This document shows, one piece after another, positions 1-13,480 of a DNA stretch of 64,000 bases. This stretch comes from Antedon mediterranea (taxonomy: Eukaryota; Animalia; Echinodermata), in the NCBI RefSeq assembly GCF_964355755.1, contig NC_092675.1, forward strand, positions 11,341,812 to 11,405,811. Direction: 5' to 3'. The stretch's first letter is position 1, and each line of letters starts with the position of its first letter. The notes beneath the pieces were generated by a model. It had not been told where the DNA came from. It made no database searches and saw only the letters and a list, made by a program, of their open reading frames with translations. A program made the position numbers and the translations under genes.

Positions 1-187
1 TACAAGAGTTTTTGGTTGTTGATTGATAATTATTTGCATTTGTAGGGCACAAACGACGGTAACTCTGGGGTGCTTATATCTTGGGAGCTTGTTTTACATG
101 GAATGAAGAATCAACCAGAATACCAAAAACAAGGTCGGAAATATGTAGATAATTATAATGAAGTCAAGGATGAAAAGGTATAGTAAT

Positions 188-651
188 AGAGAGGTTTCGC
201 AATCTTACGAATACGATAACGAAAACGGATACGACACGTATTCGTTTTTCGTAAGCCAGTAAAAATCTTGTTTCGCATGGCAACGAAATATTGAGGGCGC
301 CGTCCAAAATATGACTGCGTTAAATTTGAGCGAAGCGCAGATACGTGTTGCTTGGTGTGCTTGGCTGTTGCCTAGGCCTAGCGTAACATCAAAGCGAGTG
401 AGGACTTTAAAAACTGCTATTTATCAAAATTGACCTGGCATTTTAGTAAATTACTTTAGTGAATTACTTTCAATAAATCTAGTTATATTATAATGAATCA
501 TTCCTGATTCAAATGCAAAATGTGCAAAATAGATCAAAAACTATACTCGTTTTGTAGTTACGACTATGAAATGGGGATCAGCTCAAAAGTTTCACAAATG
601 TGTGACGTATCCGTTGTCGTTATCGTATTCGTAAGGTTGCGAAACCTCCCT
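188..651. mobile_element. MITE, PIF/Harbinger-like
   Basis: About 45-bp TIRs (AGAGAGGTTTCGCAATCTTACGAATACGATAACG... / ...CGTTATCGTATTCGTAAGGTTGCGAAACCTCCCT) flanked by a 3-bp AAT duplication; no ORF. Confidence 0.75.
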
Positions 652-3494
652 AATGACATATTTTCATTTCCAATTTAAATAATCAGTTTATCATGCTATA
701 GGTTTGAGTTTCGACTTTCTTAATTTTGACCTAAGCCGTTCACACCATCTGGGTGACCTCTTGCCATATCGTCCTATCTTATGACGTTCTAGTTGCACTT
801 GTTTTAGGGATCCTTGGTTTCTTGATGTTCAGGCTGCCTTCAGACAGTCTAACCATTTCTTACTTGGTCTCCCTCGTTGTCTATTTTCTTGGACAACTTC
901 ACCCAAAAGTAAATTTGGGTATCTTGTGGAGGGCATCCTGATAATATGTCAAAAATACCGTAGCCTCTATTTGGCTATCCTTGCTTTAATTTTGCGGCTC
1001 CAATGTTGATGTTGATATCCTGATGTGATTTAGTGATTAATTTATTTTTTAGATAATTGTAGCTCAAATAGAACAATGAACCATGTGTTTACTCTTTCAG
1101 AGGCAGAGAATACATAGTCATCTAGAAGAGTCAATGACGGAACAATTAGAGGAATTAAAAGAAGCTAGAGATTGGGCTAAGGGATTTATATCTTATTTTA
1201 ATTCTAAAGATACAAACCGTCAATAGAACCTAAGTCTGTCGTAACGCATCATCTAAGTGTTACTCAATATTCTCCAAGAACCTCATTAACTGAACTACAT
1301 TCTTAGAAACCTCGAAAAGGGGTGTATACAAAAGGTGTTTGAACAAATCAATATTCCAATGACCTAAAATGTGTTTTCTTTTAACGGTAGGCCTACACTA
1401 CATAAGCCGATATTCCCACAAATTTAGCCACATTAACCAATGTTGAGAGAGTGTACCATTAACGGAGGATGCTGAAACGAATGTCACTTTATTCTGGTTA
1501 AATTCCAATAATGTAAATTTGATGATATGTATACTATGTGTAATATAATTCTGTAAATTCAAATTGTTACGATATTTACGTGTTGCAATGTTACATTGAT
1601 ACTTACTTACACGTTGTGTCTCAGTAGTAGTGTTCAGAATACTGTTTCTTTAATGTAGTCGTCATAATGTTAAATAGGTCAATTGTAAATATATAACTTA
1701 CATTTACATCTACAATATACCAGGACTAAAAACGGGCTGTCAACTTTCAAACACCCGTCTAAGATTTGTAACTTTTAGAATGAAGTGATTCTTTTATTTT
1801 TCTCGGGAAACAAACATCGACCCTGTATGCACTGACTTGGTACCAGTTTAGTATCAACCGTTGTTCAACACATTTCCTTAGTAAAACATAAGGGAAATAA
1901 AGTATATTCTTAATAAAATTGTGACTTCATTTGTTATATTATTAAATTTACTGTTTTTAATTTTAAGATCTAATCAAGAAAGCGCAGTACAAAAAAACCC
2001 AAGTGAACCGATACACGGCACACATTTGAAAAAACATTGGTTAATACAGTAATATACAAATAATGTTTTGAGTGTTATGGTACAAGTACTTTCATGAGGC
2101 ATGAAGATAAAACATTTCATTTTTCACCGAATAAAATTACTCCTTTATTGCATATTTGTATTAAATTACTGCAGCTAAACTTAATAATTAGAAAGGCAGC
2201 GTTCCAATTAAAAAAAAATACTGAATGGATCTGTCAACCAGAAACAGTTACTGGAAAATGGTCAACCGTGATGATAGTACTAACAATTGACAAGTTGGCT
2301 AGCCCTATTGATTGTAAATAAAACGGTAGAGTTTCAACATATTCATGGTATAAAAAGTGACCTCTTACCTCTTATAATTATTATGTTGGTAAATCTTAAC
2401 ACATTTAGTTAAATATTTTTCAAACTGAAACTTTGGATATAAACGCAGAAAAAGTAACTATGCCATCCTATGACCTGAATTAAATATGTTGATAGTGCTG
2501 AAGTAATTGTGTCTATTTTGTACTTTAATTTGTTAACACGATGATGTTGGGCAAAAAATAAAAGAAATTAAGGAACTTAGAAGTGAGATACGCGATCTTT
2601 TAAAATTTGACGAACTATGACGAAAGAATATCTACAGTTCAACAGCTTAAATAATAAGTTATAATCCTGCGGGTCCTTTTCATTCAGAGGACCCATAACA
2701 GATTTAAATATACTATATTGGTAAAATTAAGTGAACAGGTTATTCAAATTTGACATTATGACGTCATCAAAATTAAAATCGTGGTAACCCTGAGCCCGTG
2801 TATTAAAAGTACTTAATACAGTCAGACAGGTCTCTGGTAGACTGTCGACAGTCTCCCATACTGAGTGTACTAACAGCTACAGAATCGGGTGCTGAGCCAA
2901 TTAATCAGCTCTCATTCTGTTTACACGTGCGTAACGCCAACTTAAAACGAGAACATTTCATAGAATGAAACAAAGACCCATTTCTGGGTTTGCCGTTCAC
3001 GAGCAACAGAATGCAGATCAGAAACATAATCATTCCAGCCCAGCACAATATTATATGACTTATTACCATGTATTATTACATGTTAGTGCATCAGTACAAA
3101 TGTTAATATTAATAAGTAAATATTCAGTAAATGAAGCATAAATGTCAATATTAAAATATCCTAAATACTATACATTACAATCGGTTAATTTACCTACATT
3201 CTATAACGCTTCCTTAATTCATTTATTCCGTACTCAATTAGACATTTTAATAACCGTAGTTAAGTTGTTGATTTTTTTTTGTAATTTTATTGTATTAACC
3301 TTCCTCGGAGCAATTGTATGTCACATACATTTTCGTATGGACAAATAAAATGAACTATGAACTATGTTATGAAATATGTAAAAGAATGTTGGCAAATGCA
3401 TTCTAATCGGCCCAATCTATATCGGTAGATAAATCGTATTTTCTATTTGCAAGGGATAAATCCCAACAACATGGATTTGAACCCAGGAATTGAA

Positions 3495-3740
3495 GATTCA
3501 TTGACATAATTATTGTTTTTTGTTTGTTTTACTACTCACCTGATACATTTACATTTAATGCTAAATGTAAAACGAATTGTAGATACAGAAACAAAATGGT
3601 AACAGATTAATTGACATAATTATATGTTTATTTGTTTTACTGATTACCTGATACATTTACATTAAATGTTAAATGTAATAAATTAAACGAATGTAGATAC
3701 AGAAACAAAATGGTAACAGATTCATTGACGTAATTATATG
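3495..3740 (+). repeat. Tandem duplication of a ~110-bp unit (2 copies plus a partial)
   Basis: GATT(C/A)ATTGAC.TAATTAT...TGATACATTTACATT...GTAGATACAGAAACAAAATGGTAACA repeated head to tail. Confidence 0.75.
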
Positions 3741-4696
3741 CTATGATAGTATGTTATATATGAAATAAAGTTAATAAACATAAAATCATACCTATAACAA
3801 GGCCATACATCACATATAACTAGACAACACATTAGACCGGGCGCCCAGAAGATTTATTCATGTGAAAAGCCACAAAAGGTCTGATGGGCTGATTATGTAG
3901 ATATATGTCCAAGATTCAATAATCAATATTGCTGCCGGGTCCTATCCTGTAAATTTACCCTGGGGACACCAAATAAGAGGGGTAAAAAATGGATTTAATC
4001 ATGTGAAAAGCCACACGGATAAAAGTTGTTGGACATTGTTCCCATATGTGTATACAATGTCAAAACAGCAATGACAGTAACTTTATCCTGTAAGTTGCCC
4101 GAGACAGTAGCCCCAAGTGACCACTAAAAAATGGTGTTATTCATGTCAAGAGCCACACGGCTAATTCCTTTTGCATTGTAACTGTTACACATTGGGGTGC
4201 ACAAAAACATCATTGACAGCAACTTTATCCTGTAAGTTGCCCCAAACAGTAGCCCAAGACAGTAGCCAAAAATGCCCGTTGGGTCATACAAGATTTAATC
4301 ACACGAAGAGTCACACGGCCAATTCCTTTTTTATTGGAACTGTTCGCCTTGAAACTGAAATTACTCATGACAACAACTCTTTCTTGTGAGTTGCCCTTGA
4401 GTAGCAAAACATTCTATAGCCCCTAAAAGGTGTAATCATGTCAAATGTCGATTTATGTCGGTTTATTTTTCACTGAAAGTATTATTATCATTGGAACATA
4501 TGCAAAAATCTGACAGCTTTACGTTGCTTCTCCGAAAAAACTTCGTAATCATTTGAAAACCGCAAACCTCAACCATCTTTCCACCTCAATGAACCAACCA
4601 TGATGATGCAAGGAGCTTGATTGAGGCCAAAGGTCATATATATCAAGACTGGTCCGTTGGAAGCTACATGAGTGATTAGTAGCTTGCACTGAGACA

Positions 4697-4717
4697 ATGG
4701 AATCTGAAATAATTCGG
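4697..4717 (+). CDS. Academ transposase putative exon 1 (MESEIIR)
   Basis: ATG followed by a GTAAGA donor at 4718; splices in phase 0 to the AATAG acceptor ending at 4950, giving MESEIIR-TCIICKK. Confidence 0.55.
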
Positions 4718-4950
4718 GTAAGAATATCTTACATTAGTCCTATTACAATTACAAGATATCAGGGTACTAAGTCTGATTGCCTTTTTGTTCCTTCTCTTTC
4801 TCTCCTTCTGACATCTGATGATAAAAAATCAACAGAACTCATAACATTTTGAAATGTATACGGTAATTAGGCTTAGCTAGATTGTAAAGTTTTATTTTAA
4901 ATTGATATAATGAGCATCACATTATGTATTACCATACCTTTTAAAAATAG

Positions 4951-6289
4951 ACATGCATAATCTGCAAGAAAAACGAAAAAGAGTTACCAGGATTGAAGAA
5001 ATACAAATCACACGAGACCGTACAACGTGCAGCTAACCGAAGGCTTTCAATGAGTCGTGATACCTTTTCGAAAGCCACACAAGACATCATTTCAGCGAAG
5101 ACTCGTGATGACATGTATTACCATACATCTTGCCATAGCCGATTCTGTGCAGTCAAAAGAACGGTACACGAGGTCATCAGTGAACCACAAACTACACCAC
5201 GAACACGTATGCGTTCTAAGTCTGACTTGCCTCACTCAAATTCCATGGGTGTTTTAGACCAGAGCTGCATATTCTGCATGCATAAAATGAAACGAATAAA
5301 ATCTTCAGGCGATAGTTTTGAAAAACTCCATAAAGTAGAAACGATTGAAAGTAGTGGTATCCTTATGTCCGCTGCTAAACGGGCCAAATCTTTACAAAAC
5401 AGTCAGCGTTTACTATCCTTAGGTTCAGAAGATTTAGTAGCAATTGAAGCACACTACCATAATACATGCAAGATTAAATTTCTTTATGATGCCAATGAAG
5501 CTGTAGAATCTAGTTCTCAGGTTGGCGTATCTAACAGAAAAACACACGAAGAAGCATACAAAGGGATGGTGAGGTACGTTGAAAAAGAAATAATTTGTAA
5601 ACGTATACCAAAATATGCCTGTAAAATAATGGATTTGTACAAAGAACAGTATAAGGCGGTCGGAGGTACTGACGATGATATTCGTTCCTATGCTTGTCAG
5701 ACATTAGTTACTAAATTAATGACCACATTTAGAGATAGATTAAATGTTACCAAAGACTCAAACAAGGCTGGAAACTTTTTATACCCTGAAGACATGAGCA
5801 TCAATGAAGCTAAATCACGGTTAAAAGACCTCAATGAAAATGATGAAACAATTCAATGTGCGGCTTTAGCGCTTCGGTCAGAAATCCTGAAAATGGAAAA
5901 AAACAAAATTCCTTCACCGACATCTATTCACACAATGAAACAATGTTCACCACACGTACCACCTTTGACTAAATTGTTTTATCAAACATTGTTATGTGGA
6001 TTATCTCCTAATCCCGGTGAGGCGGCACTGAGAAAAACGCAATCACTGTCATCTGATGCTGTTTTTGCAACTTCACGAGGTACTGTCAGGCCCTGGAAGA
6101 ATACATCGTTAGGTCTTGGTTTAACGTCCATGCTTGGATCTAAGGGAGCAATCACCATTTTAAATCGCCTTGGTCATACAATAAGTTATGATGAATGTAA
6201 ACGTCTTGAGACCGAAATAGCATACACATGTTCTTCGAGTGAATTGGAGACACCTGCTGGCTTATTGTTGCAACCTCTATTGGCTACAG
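4951..6289 (+). CDS. Academ transposase exon 2 (Cys/His motifs CIIC, YHTSC, CIFC, YHNTC)
   Basis: Long ORF (track 4993-6342) extends upstream to the acceptor; phase-1 donor ACAG|GTAAT at 6290; contains the motif LNRLGHTISY. Confidence 0.8.
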
Positions 6290-6410
6290 GTAATATACAT
6301 ATTTTTAATTTAATAAAAATAATAAATAAAATTATGAATTAGTATCTCTAATCAAGTTGACAAATAGACAGTACAGTATGTGTATTTATTGATATATTTT
6401 GTTTCAACAG

Positions 6411-9400
6411 GTACTGCGTGGGACAATTACGATTTAAACATGGAAACCCTGGATGGTAAAAATAGTCTCCATGTTACAGTTGGCATTGCGTATCAGAATG
6501 TCCTTCAGGGGCAAGCCAATGAGATGGAAGGACTGCCGGTAAATTCGGTCACTGGAAGACCTAGGCGGAAATTTGACGGAGCAGAGAAAATAGTACCACC
6601 ATTTTATTCAAATTTAAAACTGGCCAAGTTTAAATTTGAAGAAACAGACCAGGAACAAATAAGTGAATCCGATGCAAGTTATTCTCTTGTAAGATGGACA
6701 AGTCTAGATTTAGTTTGGCTAATCTTATCATCTAATCGAAAACTTCCTCTGTTCAATGGCTTTTACTCAACATTCGTTAACGATCCATTGCCGTTAACTG
6801 CCATTGCTTACATGGACCCAATTTCACAACCACCTACAAGAAATGATGTTGTCCAAGAGACAATGGTTCGATCTCTTAAAGTTGCAGATGAGACAAAAAT
6901 GCCGTATCATCCAGTGACATATGATCTCGCAGTGGCACTTAAAGCTTATTCAATACAAGCGCTAAAGGCACCAGCTTTTGATAGACTTGTAATTTTACTT
7001 GGTCACTTTCATATCGAAGGGGCATTTTTTGGAGCGGTTGGAACATACATTTCTGATTCTGGGATCGAATATATTCTAACTTAATCGGGTATACTGGCAG
7101 AGGGGTCACTTAATGGTTTCATCCATGGCAAATTATACAACCGATGCACCAGAATACATCAAATCACTGCTATGGCTTTTGAGAAAGAATTGTTTAAGCG
7201 ATTCCTAGATACCTACTCTATGAAAGATGATACTTTGCTACAAAGTGTTCGAGTAATACCAACGGATGACACAAATGCGCTTAATCAAATTGCTGACAGT
7301 GACGAATTCTTAATACTTCTTAATGATTATGAAGAATTTTTAAATCGTACTATAAAGGGTGAATTTGGCAACACTGCCGCATATTGGGCTATTTACGTGT
7401 ATCTTATCAACCGCTTGTATCGTCAATTCCAGCGTGCAGTAAGAACGAATGATGTGATTCTGTACATTAATGTACTACCATATTTGGTTGAAACATTCTT
7501 TGCTCTGAACCGGCCAAATTATGCTCGTTGGGGATCACTTTTTATTGAAAAAATGAAGAATTTGGACTCCGCAGCATTAGATGTTTTAAAAGCCGGTGCC
7601 TTTTCAACACGACGAACGAAGAAAACGTACTCTAGAAGTCCAATAGATCTTACATTAGAGCAAACTGTTAACAGAGATGCTGCGTCATCGGCAACTGGAA
7701 TTACAGCTTTTGCGAACTCAGAGAGTGCATTTCGTCGTTGGTGCGTTAGTCTCACTCAACGAAGTATGGCTGTGTCTGAAATGAAGTCCATGAGTGGAAT
7801 TCAACCCGGTGAAACACCAGCTAACCAGTTACGTCGACGGAGGATTGAGAGAGACAATAATGATGTAGACAAGTTTCTCATTAAGCTAAATAGTACATGC
7901 AATCCATTCGCCACTGATTCACCAACCACATTAGTAAATATTGCTACAGGTAAAGCTGCAAATGACATAACAAGTACATATTTGCTGGGAACACTACAGA
8001 GAGGAGCCCTATCACGGCAGCTATTTCACAAAGAATGTGTTTCAGACGAAACAAGATTATTAAAGACGGTCAAGCGTATAAAGGTACGCAATTTTGCTGC
8101 TTCAAACATGAAGAAGAAATCGTTAAATGCAACAAAAGCTCTTGGTGCAGCTGAAGGTGTTCGTGATGCTTTTGGATACTTGTTATCAAAGACGACTACG
8201 GATTTGCATTATGTACTTAGTTTTCCGATCACTGAAATACCACTAGCTATTGCACATTCCGATGGTACTCCAACGAAAACAGAGAAGGCAATTCTTGCGA
8301 AGATGTTAGAAACAAGACAATCTGGTTCACATAAGGAAGATACTCCTGTGACCGACACAACTCTCTTTGATGGCGGACTTGTTCTGCATGAAGTTTTACC
8401 TCGTCATAATGTGTCTACATATGGGAAAATCGTTGCAGATATAATGATTAAGGTATGTTCAGCCAGTGGAAATTCTGTTCACCTGTTGCTGGACAAATAT
8501 ATAGAACCATCAATCAAAGATGTCGAAAGATTAAAGAGAGGTGCAGAGCAGAACGTCAAGAACACATTCATTATAACAGGAGCGGATCAACAACAGCAAA
8601 AGAAAGGTATAGATCTATTAAAGAATGGAGAATTTAAGGAAGCTCTAGCACAGTTTCTTATAAATGATGTCCAGAATGATCACTATGGTCCAATAATAGG
8701 TGACAAAACCGTATTCGTGTCACATGGTGGTAAATGTATAAAAATAAATCGTAACTTAATGGGTAAACTTGAAGTTAAGGAGCCTTCCGAACTTCAAGGC
8801 TGCCATGAAGAAGCAGACACACTGTTGGCGTTTCATGCGTACGTTATTGGGGGAAAAATTGTTGTTCGGTCATCTGACACAGACGTACTTGTTATACTGA
8901 CAGGTCTCTCTCCTAGAATGCCAGAAACGTCGAATATTGTAATGGATTACGGTTCAGCTAACAGTAGAAGGCTAATCAACGTTACAAGTATTTCACGACA
9001 ACTTGAAAAGAAACAACGTGGTTTAAGCGAAGCACTCGTTGGTTTCCACGCCCTTACTGGATGTGATTTTAACTCGGCTTTCTACCGAAAGGGAAAGTCA
9101 ATGCCATTTACGCATTTAGAGAAAAATTCAAAACATATTGCTGCGTTAATATCACTCGGTAGTGATGAAGGCATTGATAAATCGGCGATCACTACATACA
9201 TATGCCAGATTTACGGTTTCAAGTCGTTAAATGACATAAATGAGGCAAGGTACCAGTCATTCATTAAGATGACAAAGGGTAAGAAGGGTGTTCAGGTGAA
9301 GAAAATAAACTGTTCATCGTTACCGCCATGCAGCAAAACACTTCATCAACATATTTTACGAGCAAACTATATATCTATGGTATGGAGGCGAGCAAACACC

Positions 9401-9682
9401 CCAGAACCAACAAAACATCTGCATCCTCTGAATTTTGGATGGCTTGACGATGAAGATGGTCATTATGTGCCTCGTTGGTTTGAAGGAACATCTCTGCCAG
9501 AAGAGCTGACAGAAGCAGAATGCGAATCAAAAAACGTAGTGAGTGATGAAGCAAAGGATGCAGTCGTGAATGATTCCGATACAGATATTTCTAAAGATAG
9601 TGAAATAGAAGACATTGACTATGATAGCCAACCATGGAGTGGTGACAGTGAGAGTGAATATGAGGATGATGATGATCAGTGA
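6411..9682 (+). pseudogene. Academ transposase exon 3 (DDE-like core plus XPG-like nuclease) with one in-frame TAA at 7082-7084
   Basis: Acceptor TTTCAACAG ends at 6410; motifs WDNYD, TYDLA, LGHFH, HEEADT, SSDTDV, LTGCD, LPP. ORFs 6380-7084 and 7172-9682 share a frame and read ILT*SGILAEGS...YNRC across the stop. Confidence 0.85.
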
Positions 9683-11149
9683 TAATTAAGACATACAGTG
9701 TTTTCGCGTAATCGGAATTATTTACACTGTAGCTTTTGTTTGTTTTTTTTACCCTTTAATAATTAAGTAATACAATCATATGGAAACTTATAATTAATAA
9801 ACAGAAAGATTTCACATCTATGTAGGCCTAAAGTGAACATCAATATGTTTTTTAGTGAATAAGAAGAATTAATCAATTCAATAGAGTACGCTACTGATAC
9901 TGACTACTACTGACACACTTGTTTTATAAGGAATCAATGTTAGAATTAATTGTTAGTTAATACTTTTAGTATCATAGTTCTATATTTTTCAGTTGATATT
10001 ACTACATTTAAAACTTACTGTCTGTTTTACACATATAGTGCATAAATAGAAGATTGTGAAACCAAAGTTTACTATGGATATGATGCAAACATTAACTGGT
10101 TAAAGAAACACATTATTTTTATATGATTTAAATATATAAATTTCAAATGATAACACTGACAACATATTTATAGTCATACCTTGTAACGGAGTTGTTGGTA
10201 GAAATAACATGTGTTATTTACTGCATTAAGATTCAAACGTGTTATCACATTTATGTGTTCATCATTATGAATTAATCAACACAATCGCATAAAACAGAAA
10301 TAAATAACGGAACGATTCCACATACAGTGTAAAACAAAACGTTGATGATCTAGTCATATACGATTGCCTTGACTTGAACTTGGAAATTATAAAGAATTCA
10401 TATTTTATAAGAAATCATTTGATCAAGGTTATAATAATTATTATTGTTAGTTAATGCTTCGTGTTATATTTTGAGTTGATGTTACGAAATTTAGTTAGTT
10501 GAAACAGCGTACACACATTAAAAATAATAGATTGTGAAACCAAACTTAATATTACACTGTCAAACTATAATATTACATACCTGTAATTGAAATGTTATGT
10601 ATTTGCATAGAATTTTTAAAAAGGTGTTAACTTGCGTTTATTTAAATCAAGATTGTATTTTAAAAGAAACGTCAGAATTATCAATACATCAATCATTTGC
10701 CTAGCCTACTTTAACTTGAAAGTATAGTAAAAAGAATTCATTTCGAAATCAATTCATCTATGTTAAAAATATTAATTTGTTAGTTACGTTTTGAGTTGTT
10801 TTTAGTTGATGTTACGAAAATTTAGTTTTGAAATAACTTAAATTAGATTAAAACCAAACTTAATATTATCACTGTAAACCGCATTCTTTGCATACCTGAA
10901 ATATTGGTAGGAAACATTTGATATATAAATCAAGATACTAAGTATTGTTTTTTTACAACATTTTATTAAATTGGGTTTAAATCATCAATTTATTCTAATG
11001 TTTTATTTGTTTTGTTTTGTTTTTTTGGTAGGGTTTGCGATCATAACAGTTTAAAGGCGTATGCTATTATACGTGTAATAAAATGTCTAGGTTGCTGACT
11101 GGAGCAACGTGCTAAAGTTGCTGTCGTAAATGCATTCGTATATTTCAAG

Positions 11150-11600
11150 TCATAAAAGTTTCAGTAAAAAGGGAATTGGCCATGTGGCTCTTCGTGTGAT
11201 TAAATCTTGTAGGCCTGGAGTCAACGGGCATTTCTGGGCTACTGTCTGGGACAACTTACAGGATAAAGTTGCTGTCATGAGTATTTTCGTCTATCCCAAG
11301 ACGTAACAGTTTCAATAAAAAAGGAATTGGCCATGTGGCTCTTCATGTGATTAAATCTTGTAGGCCCGGACCCAACCGGCATTTTTGGGCTACTGTCTGG
11401 GGCTACTGTCTGGGGCAACTTACAAGATAAAGTTGCTGTCATGAGTATTTTCGTCTATCCCAAGACGTAACAGTTCCAATAAAAAAAGAATTGGCCGTGT
11501 GACTCTTCGTGTGATTAAATCTTGTATGACCCAACGGGCATTTTTGACTACTGTCTTGGGCTACTGTTTGGGGCAACTTACAGGATAAAGTTGCTGTCAA
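11150..11600. repeat. Subterminal tandem ~120-bp units at the Academ right end
   Basis: GAATTGGCC.TGTG.CTCTTC.TGTGATTAAATCTTGTA...GGGCAACTTACAGGATAAAGTTGCTGTCA is repeated; there are more copies than at the left end. Confidence 0.8.
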
Positions 11601-12421
11601 TGATGTTTTTGTGCACCCCAATGTGTAACAGTTACAATGCAAAAGGAATTAGCCGTGTGGCTCTTGACATGAATAACACCATTTTTTAGTGGTCACTTGG
11701 GGCTACTGTCTCGGGCAACTTACAGGATAAAGTTACTGTCATTGCTGTTTTGACATTGTATACACATATGGGAACAATGTCCAACAACTTTTATCCGTGT
11801 GGCTTTTCACATGATTAAATCCATTTTTTACCCCTCTTATTTGGTGTCCCCAGGGTAAATTTACAGGATAGGACCCGGCAGCAATATTGATTATTGAATC
11901 TTGGACATATATCTACATAATCAGCCCATCAGACCTTTTGTGGCTTTTCACATGAATAAATCTTCTGGGCGCCCGGTCTACATGCAGGTGCATTGTGTTC
12001 TGGTGCATTTGTTAACTGGTATGTTTGTTATTATTTTTTTATTAGAACATTTTGTGTTCATTGATATTTAGTGAGAAATTAATGATTTTAGATACATGAA
12101 CCTCACGCGCTCGTGTATTGTGGATCTAGGCCCTACGCCTAATTGTCTTCTTGTTTTTTATACGAATCCGTCATGTACTATAAATGACAATTTGAAATGT
12201 TACGGTTATAATGTTGATAATTGGTTATAATTGATAAGTTGTTTTATCATTTTTTATCTTTCTATGTAATTGTAATATTATTGGTATTCTTTAACCAAGA
12301 ACTTGCAGTCAAGTTCTCCACAAAATATTACAAAAAAGGAGTGCCCATATCCGCAGATGGATCCAGATGGATTAGGTCCTATAAACACTTCATTCACTGA
12401 TACGTTCTATCCAAGTCCAAG

Positions 12422-12670
12422 ATGGGTTCAATTGTTATTGCGCTCGTGTTCTCTATCTACGTAAACTTCTGCACTTCGGCTAGCCCAAAACCTCATGTCA
12501 TATTCGTGCTATCTGATGATCAAGGGTATCGCGATATTGGCTACCATGGATCGATTTTTGATACACCTGTGATGGACAGCCTAGCAGCGGAAGGGGTAAA
12601 GCTGGAAAACTATTACGTCCAACCTCTTTGCACACCAACAAGAAGCCAACTACTGACCGGAAGGTACCAA
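12422..12670 (+). CDS. ARSB: Arylsulfatase B-like exon 1 (signal peptide, DDQG, CTPTR formylglycine motif)
   Basis: [13 protein letters not shown] hydrophobic leader; [21 protein letters not shown]; [14 protein letters not shown] followed by a GTAAGT donor. Confidence 0.93.
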
Positions 12671-13395
12671 GTAAGTACTGATTTGTACTATTCTGTAGCC
12701 AAGCTTATCTTGGCTACTAAATATTATACTTCGTGACATTCAGTGATACTTTCATTTCATTTTTTATTCATTTTTCAAAATCACATAGATTTAAAAATTG
12801 CAAAAACAAAACAGAAACGAGAAAAATCTTAGGAGACAATGATAAGCTATCGAGCTTGCTTATCCACTTTACAAGCAGAACAAATACTCTCTTTAGGAAC
12901 CCTCATGCCATGTCACCTTTGCGGCAAATCTTGCAAAACTGTATTTGTCGACACTACTAAAGCAGTTACTAAACTAGTTGCATTTTTCGAATAAGACAAT
13001 CAAGTATTTTCATCTATCTCAACTGTAAAATTTCTCCGTATAAGAATAGTCACACAATACAACATAATATAGATTAGCAATCAAATGATTGATCAACCTG
13101 TTGAACAGAATAGACAATTTTAATTCAGCTGGTCACTCGATTACTTTTAATATTGTATATATAATAAATACTACATATGCCTTTATCAACCCACATTTAT
13201 TATACACTTCAGCAGCGGATAAGGTGGGAATTGATGCTTCCTTTGATAAAGTTTAAACCTTGAATAGTTGAAGAAGATAGATAATGAAGAAAGATAGTGA
13301 CCTACTAAAGGATTAAAAGCGCAGAGTGAAGAACAACAATGAATTTTAGTCGTAGGCATATTCTTAATTTTTCTTTTAACAGTAACTAAAGATAG

Positions 13396-13480
13396 TTTTT
13401 AGTCGCGTGAAACGCGACTCTACAGCTCACTATGTCGGTCGGTTGGTCGGTAAACACTAAATTGTACATAGCCTTGTCTT
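13396..13480 (+). mobile_element. Short Helentron-associated (HINE/DINE-like) element; related pieces at ~15040-15070 and 21301-21397
   Basis: TTTTTAGTCGCGTGAAACGCGACT hairpin plus CTACAGCTCACTATGTCGGTCGGTTGGTCGG and a CCTTGT end, in T-rich flanks. Confidence 0.55.

Larger units (their letters stand above)
3833..11980 (+). mobile_element. Academ (AcademX) DNA transposon, full length
   Basis: Termini TAGACCGGGCGCCCAGAAG...CTTCTGGGCGCCCGGTCTA; near-identical ~510-bp TIRs (3833-~4344 / ~11469-11980); 3-bp TSD CAT; encodes a DDE-like plus XPG/FEN1-like protein. Confidence 0.9.

Noticed and set aside
720-1300. Possible retroelement remnant and ORF 753-941
   Set aside because: Too degenerate for any motif to be supported.
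4171-4407. ORFs 4171-4389, 4225-4407 and the mirror ORF 11439-11642
   Set aside because: Chance frames within the Academ TIRs; their identity reflects the inverted repeat.
7082-7084. Two separate genes, or programmed readthrough, in the Academ ORF
   Set aside because: Conserved-looking sequence continues in frame and a single G>T change explains the stop; nothing supports recoding.
12695-12717. Small palindrome GTAGCCAAG...CTTGGCTAC after exon 1
   Set aside because: No flanking direct repeat, so it was not counted as a footprint.
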